Assembly (NCBI GenBank): GCA_964514965.1
Contig: CAZETV010000002.1
Span: 30,001 to 62,000, forward strand
DNA: 32,000 nucleotides
Source: Candidatus Hadarchaeota archaeon
GTDB taxonomy: Archaea; Hadarchaeota; Hadarchaeia; Hadarchaeales; Hadarchaeaceae
Reading direction: 5' to 3'
The position numbers and the translations under genes were made by a program. The notes beneath the pieces were generated by a model. That model worked only from the letters and a program-made list of their open reading frames with translations, was not told the DNA's origin and did not search any database. This document shows positions 9,600-20,106 of this stretch, piece by piece. Within the stretch, counting starts at the first letter, position 1. Each line of letters starts with the position of its first letter.

Positions 9600-11117
9600 A
9601 TGGGTGTAAGCTTGAAGGTTTCTAACATCCAAGAGATTGAGAAATTTGTTAATGAGTCCGGCAGGCCCTGCTTATTTCCGATAGTTGCAACCATCAAAGG
9701 TTGCGCCAATCCCGCGAGGGCCTATTTTAACACTAGAAACAACTGCCTTTCCTACTTGCTTGAGTCAGCTGAAGGCACAGGCAAGCGGGCAAGGTACAGC
9801 TTCATTGGAACTGACCCGCTCCTTACACTGAAGGTAAAGAATAGGCAGTTGAAGCTTGCAGGAAATACGCAGCTAAAGGAGATGGCCAAGAGGAACATTA
9901 GGAAGAAAGGTCAAGACATGGACTCAATCGAAATTGTGAAAAGGGCTTTTTTGGTGGGCCAGTTATCGGTACCGATGATTAATTACCCACGATTTATCTG
10001 TGGACCTGTAGGTTACTTCGCTTACGATGCGATTAGGCGTCTCTTTGATATTGGGAAAAGGGCGAGCGATGACTCGCGACATCCCGATGCTGAGTTTATG
10101 CTCGCTAAAAATACAATCGTGTTTGACCATGTGGAGAAAAAGACGTTTGTTTGCTCCAACGCTTTAATCTCGGAAAATTCGGACCCGAAGGTGGTGTATG
10201 CAGACTCATTAAATGAGATTAAAAATAAATTGAAGCAGCTCAATGAAGCGAAACAACTTCCACGCTTGCAGACAGATGTAGATTTGAAGACGTATATGAC
10301 ATCAAACATGACTCGGGACGAATTCATAGCTGCCGTTAAGCAAGTCCAAGAGTATATCGATTCAAGCGATTTGTTGCAACTCGTGCTCTCAAGACGAATG
10401 GAAACTAAGTTAAAAGAGGATCCCTACTCGGTATACCTCACCCTCCAGAAGATAAATCCGTCGCCGTACATGTACTATTTAAACTTTGGACGGCGGAAGA
10501 TAATCGGTTCCAGTCCCGAAACATTGGTCAAGGTCGAGAAAGGGGAGGTCATGACTAGACCAATAGGCGGGACTAGGCGTCGGGGACGAAGTTTTAAAGA
10601 GGACAGGAAAATCAGGCGAGAGTTATTAAAGGATAGAAAAGAACGCGAGGAGCACATGATGCTCGTACATCTGGGCCGTGAAGACATAAGCAAAGTCGCA
10701 AAAGTGGGTTCAGTGAAAGTCAAAAATTTAATGACAATAGATAAGTACAGTTATGTTATGCACATAGTTTCTACCGTAGTCGGAGCGCTAAGGGATGACA
10801 AAGACGAGTTTGATGCGCTAAGAGCCAATTTCCCTGCTGGCACGGTGGTTGGTGACCCGAGATTCAGAGCGATGGAGATTATTGAAAAACTCGAGCCGAC
10901 GCGTAGGGGGATATACGCTGGTGGAGTTGGCTATTTTGATTACAGGCACAATATGGACTTCGCAATCGCTATCCGGACTATTGTTGTCGAGAATGGTAAA
11001 GCATATGCACAGGTTGGAGCCGGGGTCGTATCTAGATCCGTGCCCGAGTTGGAATTCTACGAGACTGAAAACAAGGGACGGGCGCTCCTCAAAGCAATAA
11101 GTATCGCGAAGGCGTAA
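9600..11117 (+). CDS. trpE: Anthranilate synthase component I
   Basis: 505 aa; LLES feedback-site motif, PSPYMYYLNFGRRKIIGSSPETLVKV, EREEHMMLV, DKYSYVMHIVSTVVG; first gene of a trp operon. Confidence 0.93.
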   Translation: MGVSLKVSNIQEIEKFVNESGRPCLFPIVATIKGCANPARAYFNTRNNCLSYLLESAEGTGKRARYSFIGTDPLLTLKVKNRQLKLAGNTQLKEMAKRNIRKKGQDMDSIEIVKRAFLVGQLSVPMINYPRFICGPVGYFAYDAIRRLFDIGKRASDDSRHPDAEFMLAKNTIVFDHVEKKTFVCSNALISENSDPKVVYADSLNEIKNKLKQLNEAKQLPRLQTDVDLKTYMTSNMTRDEFIAAVKQVQEYIDSSDLLQLVLSRRMETKLKEDPYSVYLTLQKINPSPYMYYLNFGRRKIIGSSPETLVKVEKGEVMTRPIGGTRRRGRSFKEDRKIRRELLKDRKEREEHMMLVHLGREDISKVAKVGSVKVKNLMTIDKYSYVMHIVSTVVGALRDDKDEFDALRANFPAGTVVGDPRFRAMEIIEKLEPTRRGIYAGGVGYFDYRHNMDFAIAIRTIVVENGKAYAQVGAGVVSRSVPELEFYETENKGRALLKAISIAKA

Positions 11118-11118
11118 A

Positions 11119-12186
11119 GTGGGCGATAAATTGGAGATCATGAAACACGCCATATCTAAAGTGGTAAGCGGAGAAGATTTGACCGAAGCTGAAGCAGAGA
11201 CGACAATGAAGCGCATTATGTCAGGTGAAGCGACTCAGACACAGATAAGCTCATTTCTAACTGCGCTTCGCATGAAGAGTGAAACGATTGAGGAGATTGC
11301 AGCGTTCGCTAGGGTTATGCGTGAGTTCGCGGCTCGGATAACCCCCAAGGTGGACGACATCTTGGTCGATACCTGCGGCACTGGTGGTGATAAAGTTAAA
11401 ACATTCAACATAAGCACAGCTGCGATGTTTGCCGCTGCGGGAGCAGGAATTAAAATAGCCAAGCACGGCAACCGCTCGGTGACTAGCAAGGCCGGTAGTG
11501 CCGATGTTGTTGAAGCCATGGGGATACCGATAAACCTCCTGCCAGGCGAGGTACAACGTTGCATCGAGAAGATTGGAGTAGGTTTCATGTTTGCTCCACG
11601 ATTTCATAGTGCTATGAAGTACGCGATAGGTCCACGCCGGGAGATGGGCATTCGAACTATTTTTAACCTTCTTGGCCCTCTGACAAACCCTGCGAACGCC
11701 CAGGGGCAGGTTGTTGGGGTTTATGATGGGATGCTGACCGAGAAGCTCGCTCAGGTACTCGCGCGCCTAGGCTGCAAGCGAGCAATGGTTGTTTACGGCT
11801 TAGACGGGATAGACGAGATATCTACCTTAGGGGAGACAAAAATTTCGGAGCTTGAAGACAGCAAAGTGAGTACGTATACAATATCGCCCGAAGAGTTCGG
11901 CCTCGCGCGAACTCGCTCTGAAGCCATTGCAGGGAAGGACTTGGCTGAAAATGCTCGAATGTTGCTTAAGGTACTGCGTGGCGAAAAAGGACCACGGAGA
12001 GACATCGTGTTGTTGAACGCAGCAGCCGCTATCGTTGTGGGGAGTAAGGCTAAAGATTTGCAAGAAGGAATTGCTATCGCTGCAGATGCCATCGATTCCG
12101 GTAGTGCTTACGAAAAACTCGTTCAACTCATCGAAGCGACGAACGGCAACTTGGACAAATTAAAAGCGTTGGAGGCTACGATTTGA
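11119..12186 (+). CDS. trpD: Anthranilate phosphoribosyltransferase
   Basis: 355 aa; DTCGTGGDKVKTFNIST, KHGNRSVTSKAGSADVVEAMG, GIRTIFNLLGPLTNPA. GTG start 1 nt after the trpE stop. Confidence 0.96.
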   Translation: MGDKLEIMKHAISKVVSGEDLTEAEAETTMKRIMSGEATQTQISSFLTALRMKSETIEEIAAFARVMREFAARITPKVDDILVDTCGTGGDKVKTFNISTAAMFAAAGAGIKIAKHGNRSVTSKAGSADVVEAMGIPINLLPGEVQRCIEKIGVGFMFAPRFHSAMKYAIGPRREMGIRTIFNLLGPLTNPANAQGQVVGVYDGMLTEKLAQVLARLGCKRAMVVYGLDGIDEISTLGETKISELEDSKVSTYTISPEEFGLARTRSEAIAGKDLAENARMLLKVLRGEKGPRRDIVLLNAAAAIVVGSKAKDLQEGIAIAADAIDSGSAYEKLVQLIEATNGNLDKLKALEATI

Positions 12187-12953
12187 ACATTTTGACGAAA
12201 ATTGTAGAAGACGCTCGAGTCCGCGTCAAGAAGCAGGCAAAAGCCAAGCCAATCTCGAAAATGAAAATCGATAGGTCGCCCAAGCGGAGTCTGCGCAAGG
12301 CTATCGAAAGCGCACCTAAAGTGCCTTTGATTGGGGAGATAAAACGAGCTTCACCTTCAATGGGCGATATCAACCTTGACCTTGATGTGTTTGAAGTTTC
12401 ACGCGCGATGGTTCGGGGAGGAGTCATCGCTATTTCAGTGCTGACGGAGACAAAATATTTCAAAGGCGACTTAAGCTACCTACTAAAGGTACGTAAAGCT
12501 GTCGATGTGCCGGTTCTACGGAAAGATTTCATTGTTGACGAGTACCAGCTATATCAGTCGGTTGAGCTTGGCGCGGACGCAATCTTGTTGATAGCTGGGG
12601 TATTGGGGGAGGACCTCAAACGCTTCATTGATCTAGCGCGCGAGCTTGGGATGGAAAGTTTCGTTGAGGTTGATGAGGCGGAACAGGTGAAATTTGCGTC
12701 TGCCGCTGGCGCTGAACTGATGGGGATAAACAACCGTGACTTAAAAACCATGCAAGTAGACATCACCCGCACGGCTAGACTTGCGCCTCTCGTGCCTGAT
12801 AACGTGGTGCTTGTGAGCGAGAGCGGGATGCACATGCCGAACGATATTAAATTTGTGCTCGATGCTGGCGCTGATGCTGTGCTCGTGGGAACTTCTTTAA
12901 TGAAGTCGGGAAATATTGAACAACAAGCGCGATTGTTCGTGAATGCGAGGTAA
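12183..12953 (+). CDS. trpC: Indole-3-glycerol-phosphate synthase
   Basis: 256 aa; VPLIGEIKRASPSMGDI, VPVLRKDFIVDEYQ, GINNRDLKT, VSESGM. TTG start overlapping the trpD stop. Confidence 0.95.
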   Translation: MNILTKIVEDARVRVKKQAKAKPISKMKIDRSPKRSLRKAIESAPKVPLIGEIKRASPSMGDINLDLDVFEVSRAMVRGGVIAISVLTETKYFKGDLSYLLKVRKAVDVPVLRKDFIVDEYQLYQSVELGADAILLIAGVLGEDLKRFIDLARELGMESFVEVDEAEQVKFASAAGAELMGINNRDLKTMQVDITRTARLAPLVPDNVVLVSESGMHMPNDIKFVLDAGADAVLVGTSLMKSGNIEQQARLFVNAR

Positions 12954-12957
12954 ACTC

Positions 12958-13608
12958 ATGGTGAAGGTCAAAATATGTGGTTTCACAAATACCGAGGACT
13001 TAAGAATTGCCTGTACGCTGGGCGTGGATATGGTCGGAACAATTGTCGAAATACCCAAATCGCCCCGAAGAGTGACGGTTGAGAAGGCAAAACAAATCTT
13101 AGCTGCAGCACCAAAGGGTGTCGATAGAGTTGCAGTGACCATGCCGAAAAATCTAGATGAATTTGAGCGAATAGCGCGGGAGTTGAAGCCTGATTACCTT
13201 CAGTTCCATTTCACTTTTCCAGCAGACGAGCTCCTCAAACTCCGAAAACGTTTTGATATAAAATTTATCTCGGTTATCGCGATATCTCAAAAAGTCGAGG
13301 GCCATCAGGAGATTATGAGTCGGGCTATTGAGGCAGCTAAGATAGCCGATTTTTTGTTACTCGATACTAAGGGGCCGAGTGGAGGCGGTACCGGGCTCAC
13401 TCACGATTGGAGCTTAAGCAGCCGAATTCGTGAGGTTGTAGGTAAACCAACGTTTTTGGCAGGAGGACTTAACCCTTCCAATGTTAAAGAAGCGATTAGG
13501 TCAGTGCAGCCTTACGGAGTAGACGTTTCCACAGGAGTCGAGTCTAGTCCGGGCAAAAAAGATGCGAAACTTATGCACGAGTTTATCGTAGTTGCTAAAG
13601 AGGCATAA
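12958..13608 (+). CDS. trpF: Phosphoribosylanthranilate isomerase
   Basis: [18 protein letters not shown]...YLQFHFTF...[15 protein letters not shown]...[19 protein letters not shown] track begins at 12943, but the ATG at 12958 starting MVKVKICGF fits the family better. Confidence 0.93.
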   Translation: MVKVKICGFTNTEDLRIACTLGVDMVGTIVEIPKSPRRVTVEKAKQILAAAPKGVDRVAVTMPKNLDEFERIARELKPDYLQFHFTFPADELLKLRKRFDIKFISVIAISQKVEGHQEIMSRAIEAAKIADFLLLDTKGPSGGGTGLTHDWSLSSRIREVVGKPTFLAGGLNPSNVKEAIRSVQPYGVDVSTGVESSPGKKDAKLMHEFIVVAKEA

Positions 13609-13609
13609 A

Positions 13610-14800
13610 ATGAAGTACATAAACAAGTTTCCGGTAAAAGGAAAATTTGACGGCTTCGGCGGGCAGTTCGTACCCGAGACGTTGATGCCAGCGTTAGAAG
13701 AACTCGAAGCAGCTTACAAAAAATTGAAGGATGATTCAAAATTCAAACGCGAACTTGATTATTACTTACGAGAGTATGCGGGGCGCCCGACACCGCTATA
13801 CTTCGCGAAAAATTTGTCAACTCTGGTCGGGATGAGAGTTTATCTCAAGCGTGAAGACCTTGCCATGACCGGTGCGCACAAAATCAATAACACGCTAGGT
13901 CAAGCTCTCCTCGCAAAATACATCGGCAAAACCCGCGTAATCGCAGAAACTGGGGCGGGGCAGCACGGGGTCGCTACTGCTACAGCTGCTGCGATGCTCG
14001 GGCTAAAATGTGACGTCTATATGGGCACCTTTGACATGGAGCGCCAAAAGCTCAACGTATTTCGAATGAGGTTGCTTGGGGCAAGAGTAATCCCAGTCAA
14101 GAGTGGTTCGTGCACGCTGAAGGACGCCGTAAATGAGGCCCTCCGTGATTGGACGGCCAATGTCCAAACTACCCATTACCTGTTAGGCTCGGTGGTTGGA
14201 CCCCACCCGTATCCGATGATTGTGCGAGATTTCCAGCGAGTTATTGGAAAGGAGGCTAGAGAACAAATCTTGAACGTCGAAAAACGCTTGCCCGATGCTA
14301 TCGTTGCATGCGTGGGCGGCGGAAGCAACGCGATCGGGATATTCTACGATTTTTTTGACGACCCAGTCGAATTTTATGGTATTGAAGCAGGAGGCAAGGG
14401 GCTTAAAACTGGCAAGCATGCAGCGTCGCTTTGTAGTGGGTCCGAAGGCATACTCCACGGATCCCATAGCTTAGTGATGCAGGATAGATTCGGGCAGATT
14501 TTACCAACTCACAGCATTTCCGCCGGGCTGGATTACCCGGGGGTTGGTCCTGAGCACGCGTTCATGAAACTTCAGGGGCGCGTCTATTACGACAGTGTTA
14601 CAGACGCCGAGGCTATGGACGCGTTTAAATTGCTTTCTGAGACCGAAGGAATTCTGCCAGCACTTGAGTCGGCGCATGCAATCGCCTACTTGAAAAAGAT
14701 GACTTCAAAGTTTAGGGGAAAAGTGGTTATAGTTAATTTATCGGGGCGCGGTGATAAGGATGTAGATACAGCCGCGAAAGAGATGGGGGTCAAATTTTGA
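13610..14800 (+). CDS. trpB: Tryptophan synthase beta subunit (TrpB1 type)
   Basis: [73 protein letters not shown] track starts at an in-frame TTG at 13592; ATG at 13610 follows the trpF stop directly. Confidence 0.96.
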   Translation: MKYINKFPVKGKFDGFGGQFVPETLMPALEELEAAYKKLKDDSKFKRELDYYLREYAGRPTPLYFAKNLSTLVGMRVYLKREDLAMTGAHKINNTLGQALLAKYIGKTRVIAETGAGQHGVATATAAAMLGLKCDVYMGTFDMERQKLNVFRMRLLGARVIPVKSGSCTLKDAVNEALRDWTANVQTTHYLLGSVVGPHPYPMIVRDFQRVIGKEAREQILNVEKRLPDAIVACVGGGSNAIGIFYDFFDDPVEFYGIEAGGKGLKTGKHAASLCSGSEGILHGSHSLVMQDRFGQILPTHSISAGLDYPGVGPEHAFMKLQGRVYYDSVTDAEAMDAFKLLSETEGILPALESAHAIAYLKKMTSKFRGKVVIVNLSGRGDKDVDTAAKEMGVKF

Positions 14801-15603
14801 GCCGAATCAGTGCGAAGTTTGAGAAACTTAAGAGCAAAAGTGAAGGCGCGCTGATCGCATTTGTGACTGCAGGATATCCTAAGCCTGAGCTGACTCCACA
14901 AATAGTTCAGACGCTTGCTAGACACGCCGATATCATTGAACTTGGGATCCCCTTTTCTGATCCAATCGCAGATGGCCCCACGATTCAAGGGGCGACCGAC
15001 AGAGCATTGAAAGCTGGCACGACTCCCGAAACTGTGCGTGAGATAATCAGTCAAATTCGTCGCACGAGCGAGGTTCCGCTGGTTGTGTTGACTTATTACA
15101 ACATAGTGTTCAAATGGGGCGTCGATAAGTTTGTGCGGGATTTTACAGCCGCGGGGATGGATGGGATTATAATTCCGGACTTACCTGCGGAGGAAGCGAG
15201 CGAAGTTCTGGAAGCGGCGAGAAAGTACGGAGCCGATTTGATCTTCTTGGTCACGCCCACTACAACTCCCGAGCGCCTTAAACACATTTGTGATTTATCG
15301 GATGGTTTTCTTTATGTTGTTTCTCTGCTTGGGGTGACTGGTGCCCGAGAACAACTTTCCGATTTAGTAAAACCATTGATAGCAGATGTTCGAAAAATCT
15401 CACGAGTGCCGATTGCTGTTGGATTTGGGATATCAAATCCTGAACATGTTAAAGGAGTCATAATGGCCGGGGCAGATGGAGCAATAGTCGGTAGTGCATT
15501 CATTAACCTGATCACCAAAAATCTGAAAGACCCACAAAAAATATCACTGGAACTCGACCAGTTTGGAAAAATCTTGAAAGCGGCCACACGTTTAGCTCAT
15601 TGA
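14797..15603 (+). CDS. trpA: Tryptophan synthase alpha subunit
   Basis: 268 aa; [56 protein letters not shown] start overlapping the trpB stop. Confidence 0.95.
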   Translation: MSRISAKFEKLKSKSEGALIAFVTAGYPKPELTPQIVQTLARHADIIELGIPFSDPIADGPTIQGATDRALKAGTTPETVREIISQIRRTSEVPLVVLTYYNIVFKWGVDKFVRDFTAAGMDGIIIPDLPAEEASEVLEAARKYGADLIFLVTPTTTPERLKHICDLSDGFLYVVSLLGVTGAREQLSDLVKPLIADVRKISRVPIAVGFGISNPEHVKGVIMAGADGAIVGSAFINLITKNLKDPQKISLELDQFGKILKAATRLAH

Positions 15604-15676
15604 CCTTGGTGAACCCTTGTTTTAAATCTGGAGAATATTTAAATCCGAAGAGTTGCAAATAGAACCTCTTGACAGC

Positions 15677-17209
15677 ATGAGGTACTTAAAATTGAATGCT
15701 AAGCCGCTCGACATGGAAACCGGGCGGAAAATCGTCGTGCTTCACGAACAGGATGCAGAAGAACTCGGACATCTTGCAGGCGACCGTGTGAAATTGACTA
15801 ATCCAAAAGCCACATTGATCGCCATAGCCGATTCGACGAAAAGAATGGTTCAGCGGGGAGAGATTGGGACTTTCATCGAAATCACTGAGGCCCTCAATCT
15901 CAAGCCCGGAGATGTTCTCTCTGTCACGCTTGCCCCCAATCCACAATCGGTTGATTTCATTAGAAAAAAAATAGAAGGAGAGCAACTAGCAGCCGAGGAA
16001 GTCTACACAGTGGTTGATGATATAGTTGCGGGCAAGCTAAACTCGATAGAGACGGCGGCATTCGTCGTTGCAGAGCACATCCGTGGGATGACAACAAATG
16101 AAATCGTTGCATTGACGCAGCGAATGATTAGCACTGGCGATAAACTAGAACTCGACATCACTCCAGTGTTTGATGTTCACAGTATAGGGGGCGTTCCAGG
16201 CAACAAGTATGCTTTGATCACCGTCCCGATTGTGGCCGCTGCAGGCTTGACGGTGCCTAAGACAAGTAGTCGGTCGATAACCAGCGCAGCAGGAACAGCT
16301 GATGTGATGAACGTTCTCGCTAACGTGACACTCGATTTAGATGAGATAAAACGGATTATCGAACAGATCGGCGCGGTCTTGGTATGGGGCGGCGCGGTTA
16401 AGCTGGCCCCGGCAGACGATATTATAATCAATACAGAGCGGATGCTCGGGCTGGACCCCCGCTGCCAATTGCTCGCTAGCGTGATGTCAAAGAAACTGGC
16501 AGCAGGAGTCGACCACATATTAATTGACATTCCGACCGGAGCTGGCGCAAAGGTTAAAGACGTAAATCAAGCACGAAGCTTGGCACATGATTTTATTGAA
16601 CTGGGGCGCCGGCTCGATGTCCAAGTTGAGGCAGCGGTAACTTATGGTGGCCAGCCCGTGGGCTACGCGGTCGGCCCCGCTCTCGAGGCTAAGGAGGCGC
16701 TTGAAACCTTACTCGGCAACGGACCAAGTAGCTTGGTAGAAAAAGCAACGAGTTTGGCAGGAATAATGCTCGAGCTCGGTAGAGCAGCTAGTCCCAGCAT
16801 GGGGCAACAGATGGCGCTTGATATTTTGAAATCTGGCAAGGCGTACAAAAAGATGTGTGAGATTATCGAGGCTCAGGGGGGCAATTCAAAGGTCAAGCCA
16901 GAGGAAATTCCGATTGGAGATAAGAAGGAGGTATTGCTCGCCCCTTCTACAGGATACGTGACACAAATCGATAATAAACGAATAAATGAAGTAGCCCGCG
17001 CTGCAGGCGCTCCGCGCAACAGGGGCGCCGGCTTGAGGGTTATCCTTAAGGAAGGGCGAAGAGTCAATAAGGATGAGCCACTTCTGGAAATTTACGCGGA
17101 GCACGAAACGAAGCTTGACGAGGCTTTAGCGATTGCTAAGCGGCGACCGCCAATAAAAATAGAGGGTATGTTGTTGGAAAAAATGTCGCACCGCCCCCAC
17201 ATGGAATGA
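15677..17209 (+). CDS. deoA: AMP phosphorylase (archaeal thymidine phosphorylase-like family)
   Basis: Long N-terminal domain, then DVHSIGGVPGNKYALITVPIVAAAGLTVPKTSSRSITSAAGTADVMNVLANV and HILIDIPTGAGAKV. ORF track starts at 15653 (TTG); ATG at 15677 lies downstream of a TATA-like atatttaaatc. Confidence 0.9.
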   Translation: MRYLKLNAKPLDMETGRKIVVLHEQDAEELGHLAGDRVKLTNPKATLIAIADSTKRMVQRGEIGTFIEITEALNLKPGDVLSVTLAPNPQSVDFIRKKIEGEQLAAEEVYTVVDDIVAGKLNSIETAAFVVAEHIRGMTTNEIVALTQRMISTGDKLELDITPVFDVHSIGGVPGNKYALITVPIVAAAGLTVPKTSSRSITSAAGTADVMNVLANVTLDLDEIKRIIEQIGAVLVWGGAVKLAPADDIIINTERMLGLDPRCQLLASVMSKKLAAGVDHILIDIPTGAGAKVKDVNQARSLAHDFIELGRRLDVQVEAAVTYGGQPVGYAVGPALEAKEALETLLGNGPSSLVEKATSLAGIMLELGRAASPSMGQQMALDILKSGKAYKKMCEIIEAQGGNSKVKPEEIPIGDKKEVLLAPSTGYVTQIDNKRINEVARAAGAPRNRGAGLRVILKEGRRVNKDEPLLEIYAEHETKLDEALAIAKRRPPIKIEGMLLEKMSHRPHME

Positions 17210-17285
17210 AATTACACTCTCAACCCGTACACGTTGTCGAAAAATATGGGGCAGCGCTTGCAGTTTCATGTGCTTATGTTACCGT

Positions 17286-18926
17286 TTACTCCTCGCCCAT
17301 CCCCATTTCTCCAGGAGAGGGCCCTCCCGGTGACGGCATCTCTTTCTTGGATGCAGATATCACATCGTCAATCCGGAGAATCATTATCGCAGCTTCACTT
17401 GCCGATTTTATCGCTTGGGTCTTTGTGCGTAGAGGTTCGATAACCCCCAGTTTCATCATATCCGTTACTTCACCTTTGTAGACTTCAATCCCGAAGGTTT
17501 TCCCCTTAGAGCCTTCATGCTTGGCGCGTAACTCCACAAGCATATCTATGCTATCCAGTCCTGCATTCTCTGCTAAGGTTCGTGGAATTGCTTCTACGGA
17601 ACTTGCAAATCCATTGACAGCAAGTGCTTCGCGTCCACCAACAGTTTCCGCGTACTCTCTTAATCGCTTGGCTAATTCAATCTCGGGCGCTCCACCGCCA
17701 GTGACACTCTTGCCATCTTCGATTGCTGAAGCGACTACGCTGATTGCATCGTGTACAGCACGCTCAATCTCGTCGACTACGTGTTCGGTGCCACCGCGCA
17801 CTAACAGACTTACAGCTTTCGGGTTCTTACAGCCCTCCACGAAGGTCATCTTGTCATCACCTATCTTCCGTTCCTCGATTAACCCAGCTTTGCCGAGGTC
17901 AGTGCTGGTTAGATCCTCGATGGTTGTGACGACTTTGCCTCCCGTGGCGCGGGCTAATTTCTCCATATCCGATTTTTTGGTCCGCCGGGTTGCGTAAATA
18001 CCAACCTTCGAGAGGTAGTGCTGTGCAATGTCATCAATTCCTTTCTGGCATATAACGACGTTCGCGCCACTGGCAACGATTTGATCGACCATCTTTTTAA
18101 GCATGCTCTCTTCCTCATCCAAAAACGCGCGGAGCTGGTCAGGCCTATTGACTCTGATTTCGGTATCGGTTTCGGTCTTTTTTACTTCAAGAGCACAGTC
18201 AAGCAAAGCGATATTGGCATTTTTCACCTGTTTTGGCATCCCCGGATGGACGCGCTCCTTATCAAGAATAACCCCTTGGACAAGCTGAGAATCTTCAGTG
18301 CTCTCTCCGGGCTTCTTCTCAATACCGATGTAATCTATGTCAATTTTGTACCTTCCATCCGTTTTGTCCGCTATTTGCTTCACAGCGCTTACAGCGAGGC
18401 TGGCGAGTTTCTCTTTCGCGCTCTCCGCTTTCTTCCCGGTCATTGCGGTCATCGCCATCTGCTTGAGAAGCTCTTCCTTTTCAAAAGTCACCTCATCGGC
18501 GAGTTCATTCAATATCTCTTGGGATTTATCAGCGGCCATTCTATATCCGGCGGCGATTACCGTTGGGTGGATGGCTTGGTCAAGCAAGCGCTCTGCTTCG
18601 CGCAAGAGTTCGCCAGCAATTATCACAGCGGTAGTTGTTCCATCCCCAACTTCATCGTCCTGCGTTTTCGCCACTTCGACTATCATTTTCGCTGCCGGAT
18701 GTTCGACTTCCATCTCCTTAAGAATCGTAACACCGTCGTTTGTAATAACAACATCACCTAAACTATCAACTAACATTTTATCCATTCCCCGTGGGCCAAG
18801 CGTCGTGCGGACCGCTTCAGTTATCACGCGAGCCGCCATAATGTTCATGCGCTGGGCATCACGGCCAATCACCCTTCGTGCACCTTCAGGTAGCACGATG
18901 ACAGGTTTACCTCCTAGTGTACTCAT
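17286..18926 (-). CDS. Thermosome (group II chaperonin) subunit
   Basis: 546 aa; [57 protein letters not shown]-terminal Gly/Met-rich tail. Confidence 0.98.
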   Translation of the reverse strand: MSTLGGKPVIVLPEGARRVIGRDAQRMNIMAARVITEAVRTTLGPRGMDKMLVDSLGDVVITNDGVTILKEMEVEHPAAKMIVEVAKTQDDEVGDGTTTAVIIAGELLREAERLLDQAIHPTVIAAGYRMAADKSQEILNELADEVTFEKEELLKQMAMTAMTGKKAESAKEKLASLAVSAVKQIADKTDGRYKIDIDYIGIEKKPGESTEDSQLVQGVILDKERVHPGMPKQVKNANIALLDCALEVKKTETDTEIRVNRPDQLRAFLDEEESMLKKMVDQIVASGANVVICQKGIDDIAQHYLSKVGIYATRRTKKSDMEKLARATGGKVVTTIEDLTSTDLGKAGLIEERKIGDDKMTFVEGCKNPKAVSLLVRGGTEHVVDEIERAVHDAISVVASAIEDGKSVTGGGAPEIELAKRLREYAETVGGREALAVNGFASSVEAIPRTLAENAGLDSIDMLVELRAKHEGSKGKTFGIEVYKGEVTDMMKLGVIEPLRTKTQAIKSASEAAIMILRIDDVISASKKEMPSPGGPSPGEMGMGEE

Positions 18927-18960
18927 TCAATCACCTATTGAATCCTTGAGATTGCTTTTT

Positions 18961-18973
18961 ACTTATAAATTTA
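18961..18973 (-). promoter_or_regulatory. Archaeal TATA box for the thermosome gene
   Basis: Minus strand reads AAATTTATAAGT about 35-45 nt upstream of the start codon. Confidence 0.6.
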
Positions 18974-19074
18974 ACTCAGCTGTATCCTTATGTAACTTTG
19001 CTAGTCGGATACTTGTAATTTGAGATTTGGCACCAAGTTATTATTCACTAAACAAAAATGAGTAAGGTGATTGA

Positions 19075-19824
19075 GCGTCCGAACTAGAATTCATACCCGT
19101 TGTAATCGTTCTCGCAGCGGTTTGCATAGCCAACTACACGGACCTACGGAAGCGAATAATACCCAACCGGCTCACGTTTCCGCTCATAGGAATTGGCATC
19201 GTTTTTTACGTGCTACTCGGTATTTGGCGCTGGGACTTCTGGACAGCTATATCTGGGGCGCTTGGGGCCGCAATAGCATTTGTAATCGGCTACTTGATGT
19301 GGCGCATAGGTGGCTGGGCCGGGGGTGATGTAAAGCTCTACACGGCTTTAGGGGCTCTGCTGCCATTCTATCCTGCACCATATGTCGAAAACGTGCCCTA
19401 CCCATTCCCCATCACGATATTGTTTAACTCGGTCATCGCCATCTTGCCGATTCTGCTCGTTTACGCTGCAATCTGTCGCATTCGCGGACGAGGCATGCTC
19501 TATGAACAAGTCAAAATCACTGAACTCAAAGAGGGCATGATTCCTGCCGAGACAATTTACGAGAAAGACGGTAAAGTCAGGCGCGGGAGCTCAAAATTTG
19601 GGCTGAAACTAAATTACGATCGCCTTTATACTAACCCTAGGCGGGCAGCTGGTCTCACGCGTTATCAAGTCGGGGCGCTTAAGCGTCTGGTTCGTGAACG
19701 AAAACTGAAGAACTATATAAAACTCAAAAAAGGTATACCATTCGCCCCCGCACTCGGATTGGGTGTGTTCATCGCTATTTTCTACGGCGATTTATACTGG
19801 GGATTGATACGCAGTCTTATTTGA
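19075..19824 (+). CDS. A24-family type IV prepilin / preflagellin peptidase; start unresolved
   Basis: Track ORF begins at GTG 19210, but the same frame is open from 19075 and encodes IPVVIVLAAVCIANYTDLRKRIIPNRLTFPLIGIGIVFYV, the A24 N-terminal signature. GGDVK motif at IGGWAGGDVKLYTALGALLPF; C-terminal KKGIPFAPALGLG. No ATG/GTG/TTG between the upstream TGA (19072-19074) and 19210. Confidence 0.85.
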   Translation, partial: ASELEFIPVVIVLAAVCIANYTDLRKRIIPNRLTFPLIGIGIVFYVLLGIWRWDFWTAISGALGAAIAFVIGYLMWRIGGWAGGDVKLYTALGALLPFYPAPYVENVPYPFPITILFNSVIAILPILLVYAAICRIRGRGMLYEQVKITELKEGMIPAETIYEKDGKVRRGSSKFGLKLNYDRLYTNPRRAAGLTRYQVGALKRLVRERKLKNYIKLKKGIPFAPALGLGVFIAIFYGDLYWGLIRSLI

Positions 19825-19835
19825 AAAATCATGTT

Positions 19836-20081
19836 CTATTTGGGGCACAGCAAAAGATGTCTAACCTCCCCCGATGTCAGGAGAATCCGATCCGACTCGA
19901 TGAACGCCAGTACCTTGCCCTTAGCCGCAAGCACGCACTCTGCCGCCGCTAGCAGTGCGGCCAAATCTTGAAATCTCCACACCGAATGCTGCACCAACTG
20001 CGCGTTACACTTCAAATAGTGATTCATCTTTCGCCTTGCGTCGCTTCGACCATCTAGGTCGTAAACAAGCAGATACGCCAT
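19836..20081 (-). CDS. Small protein with Cas2/VapD-like sequence pattern
   Basis: From ATG at 20081: MAYLLVYDLDGRSDARRKMNHYLKCNAQLVQHSVWRFQDLAALLAAAECVLAAKGKVLAFIESDRILL. First strand ending YDL, Arg/Lys-rich helix and VQHSVW resemble the Cas2 ferredoxin-like fold. ORF track start at 20162 overlaps the upstream ORF. Confidence 0.5.
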   Translation of the reverse strand: MAYLLVYDLDGRSDARRKMNHYLKCNAQLVQHSVWRFQDLAALLAAAECVLAAKGKVLAFIESDRILLTSGEVRHLLLCPK

Positions 20082-20106
20082 GTCATCACCTGTCCTATTC
20101 AGAACG

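Noticed and set aside
19071-19328. ORF 19071..19328 (+)
   Set aside because: Wrong frame over the A24 peptidase N-terminus; low-complexity Arg/Ser/His translation, no coding character.
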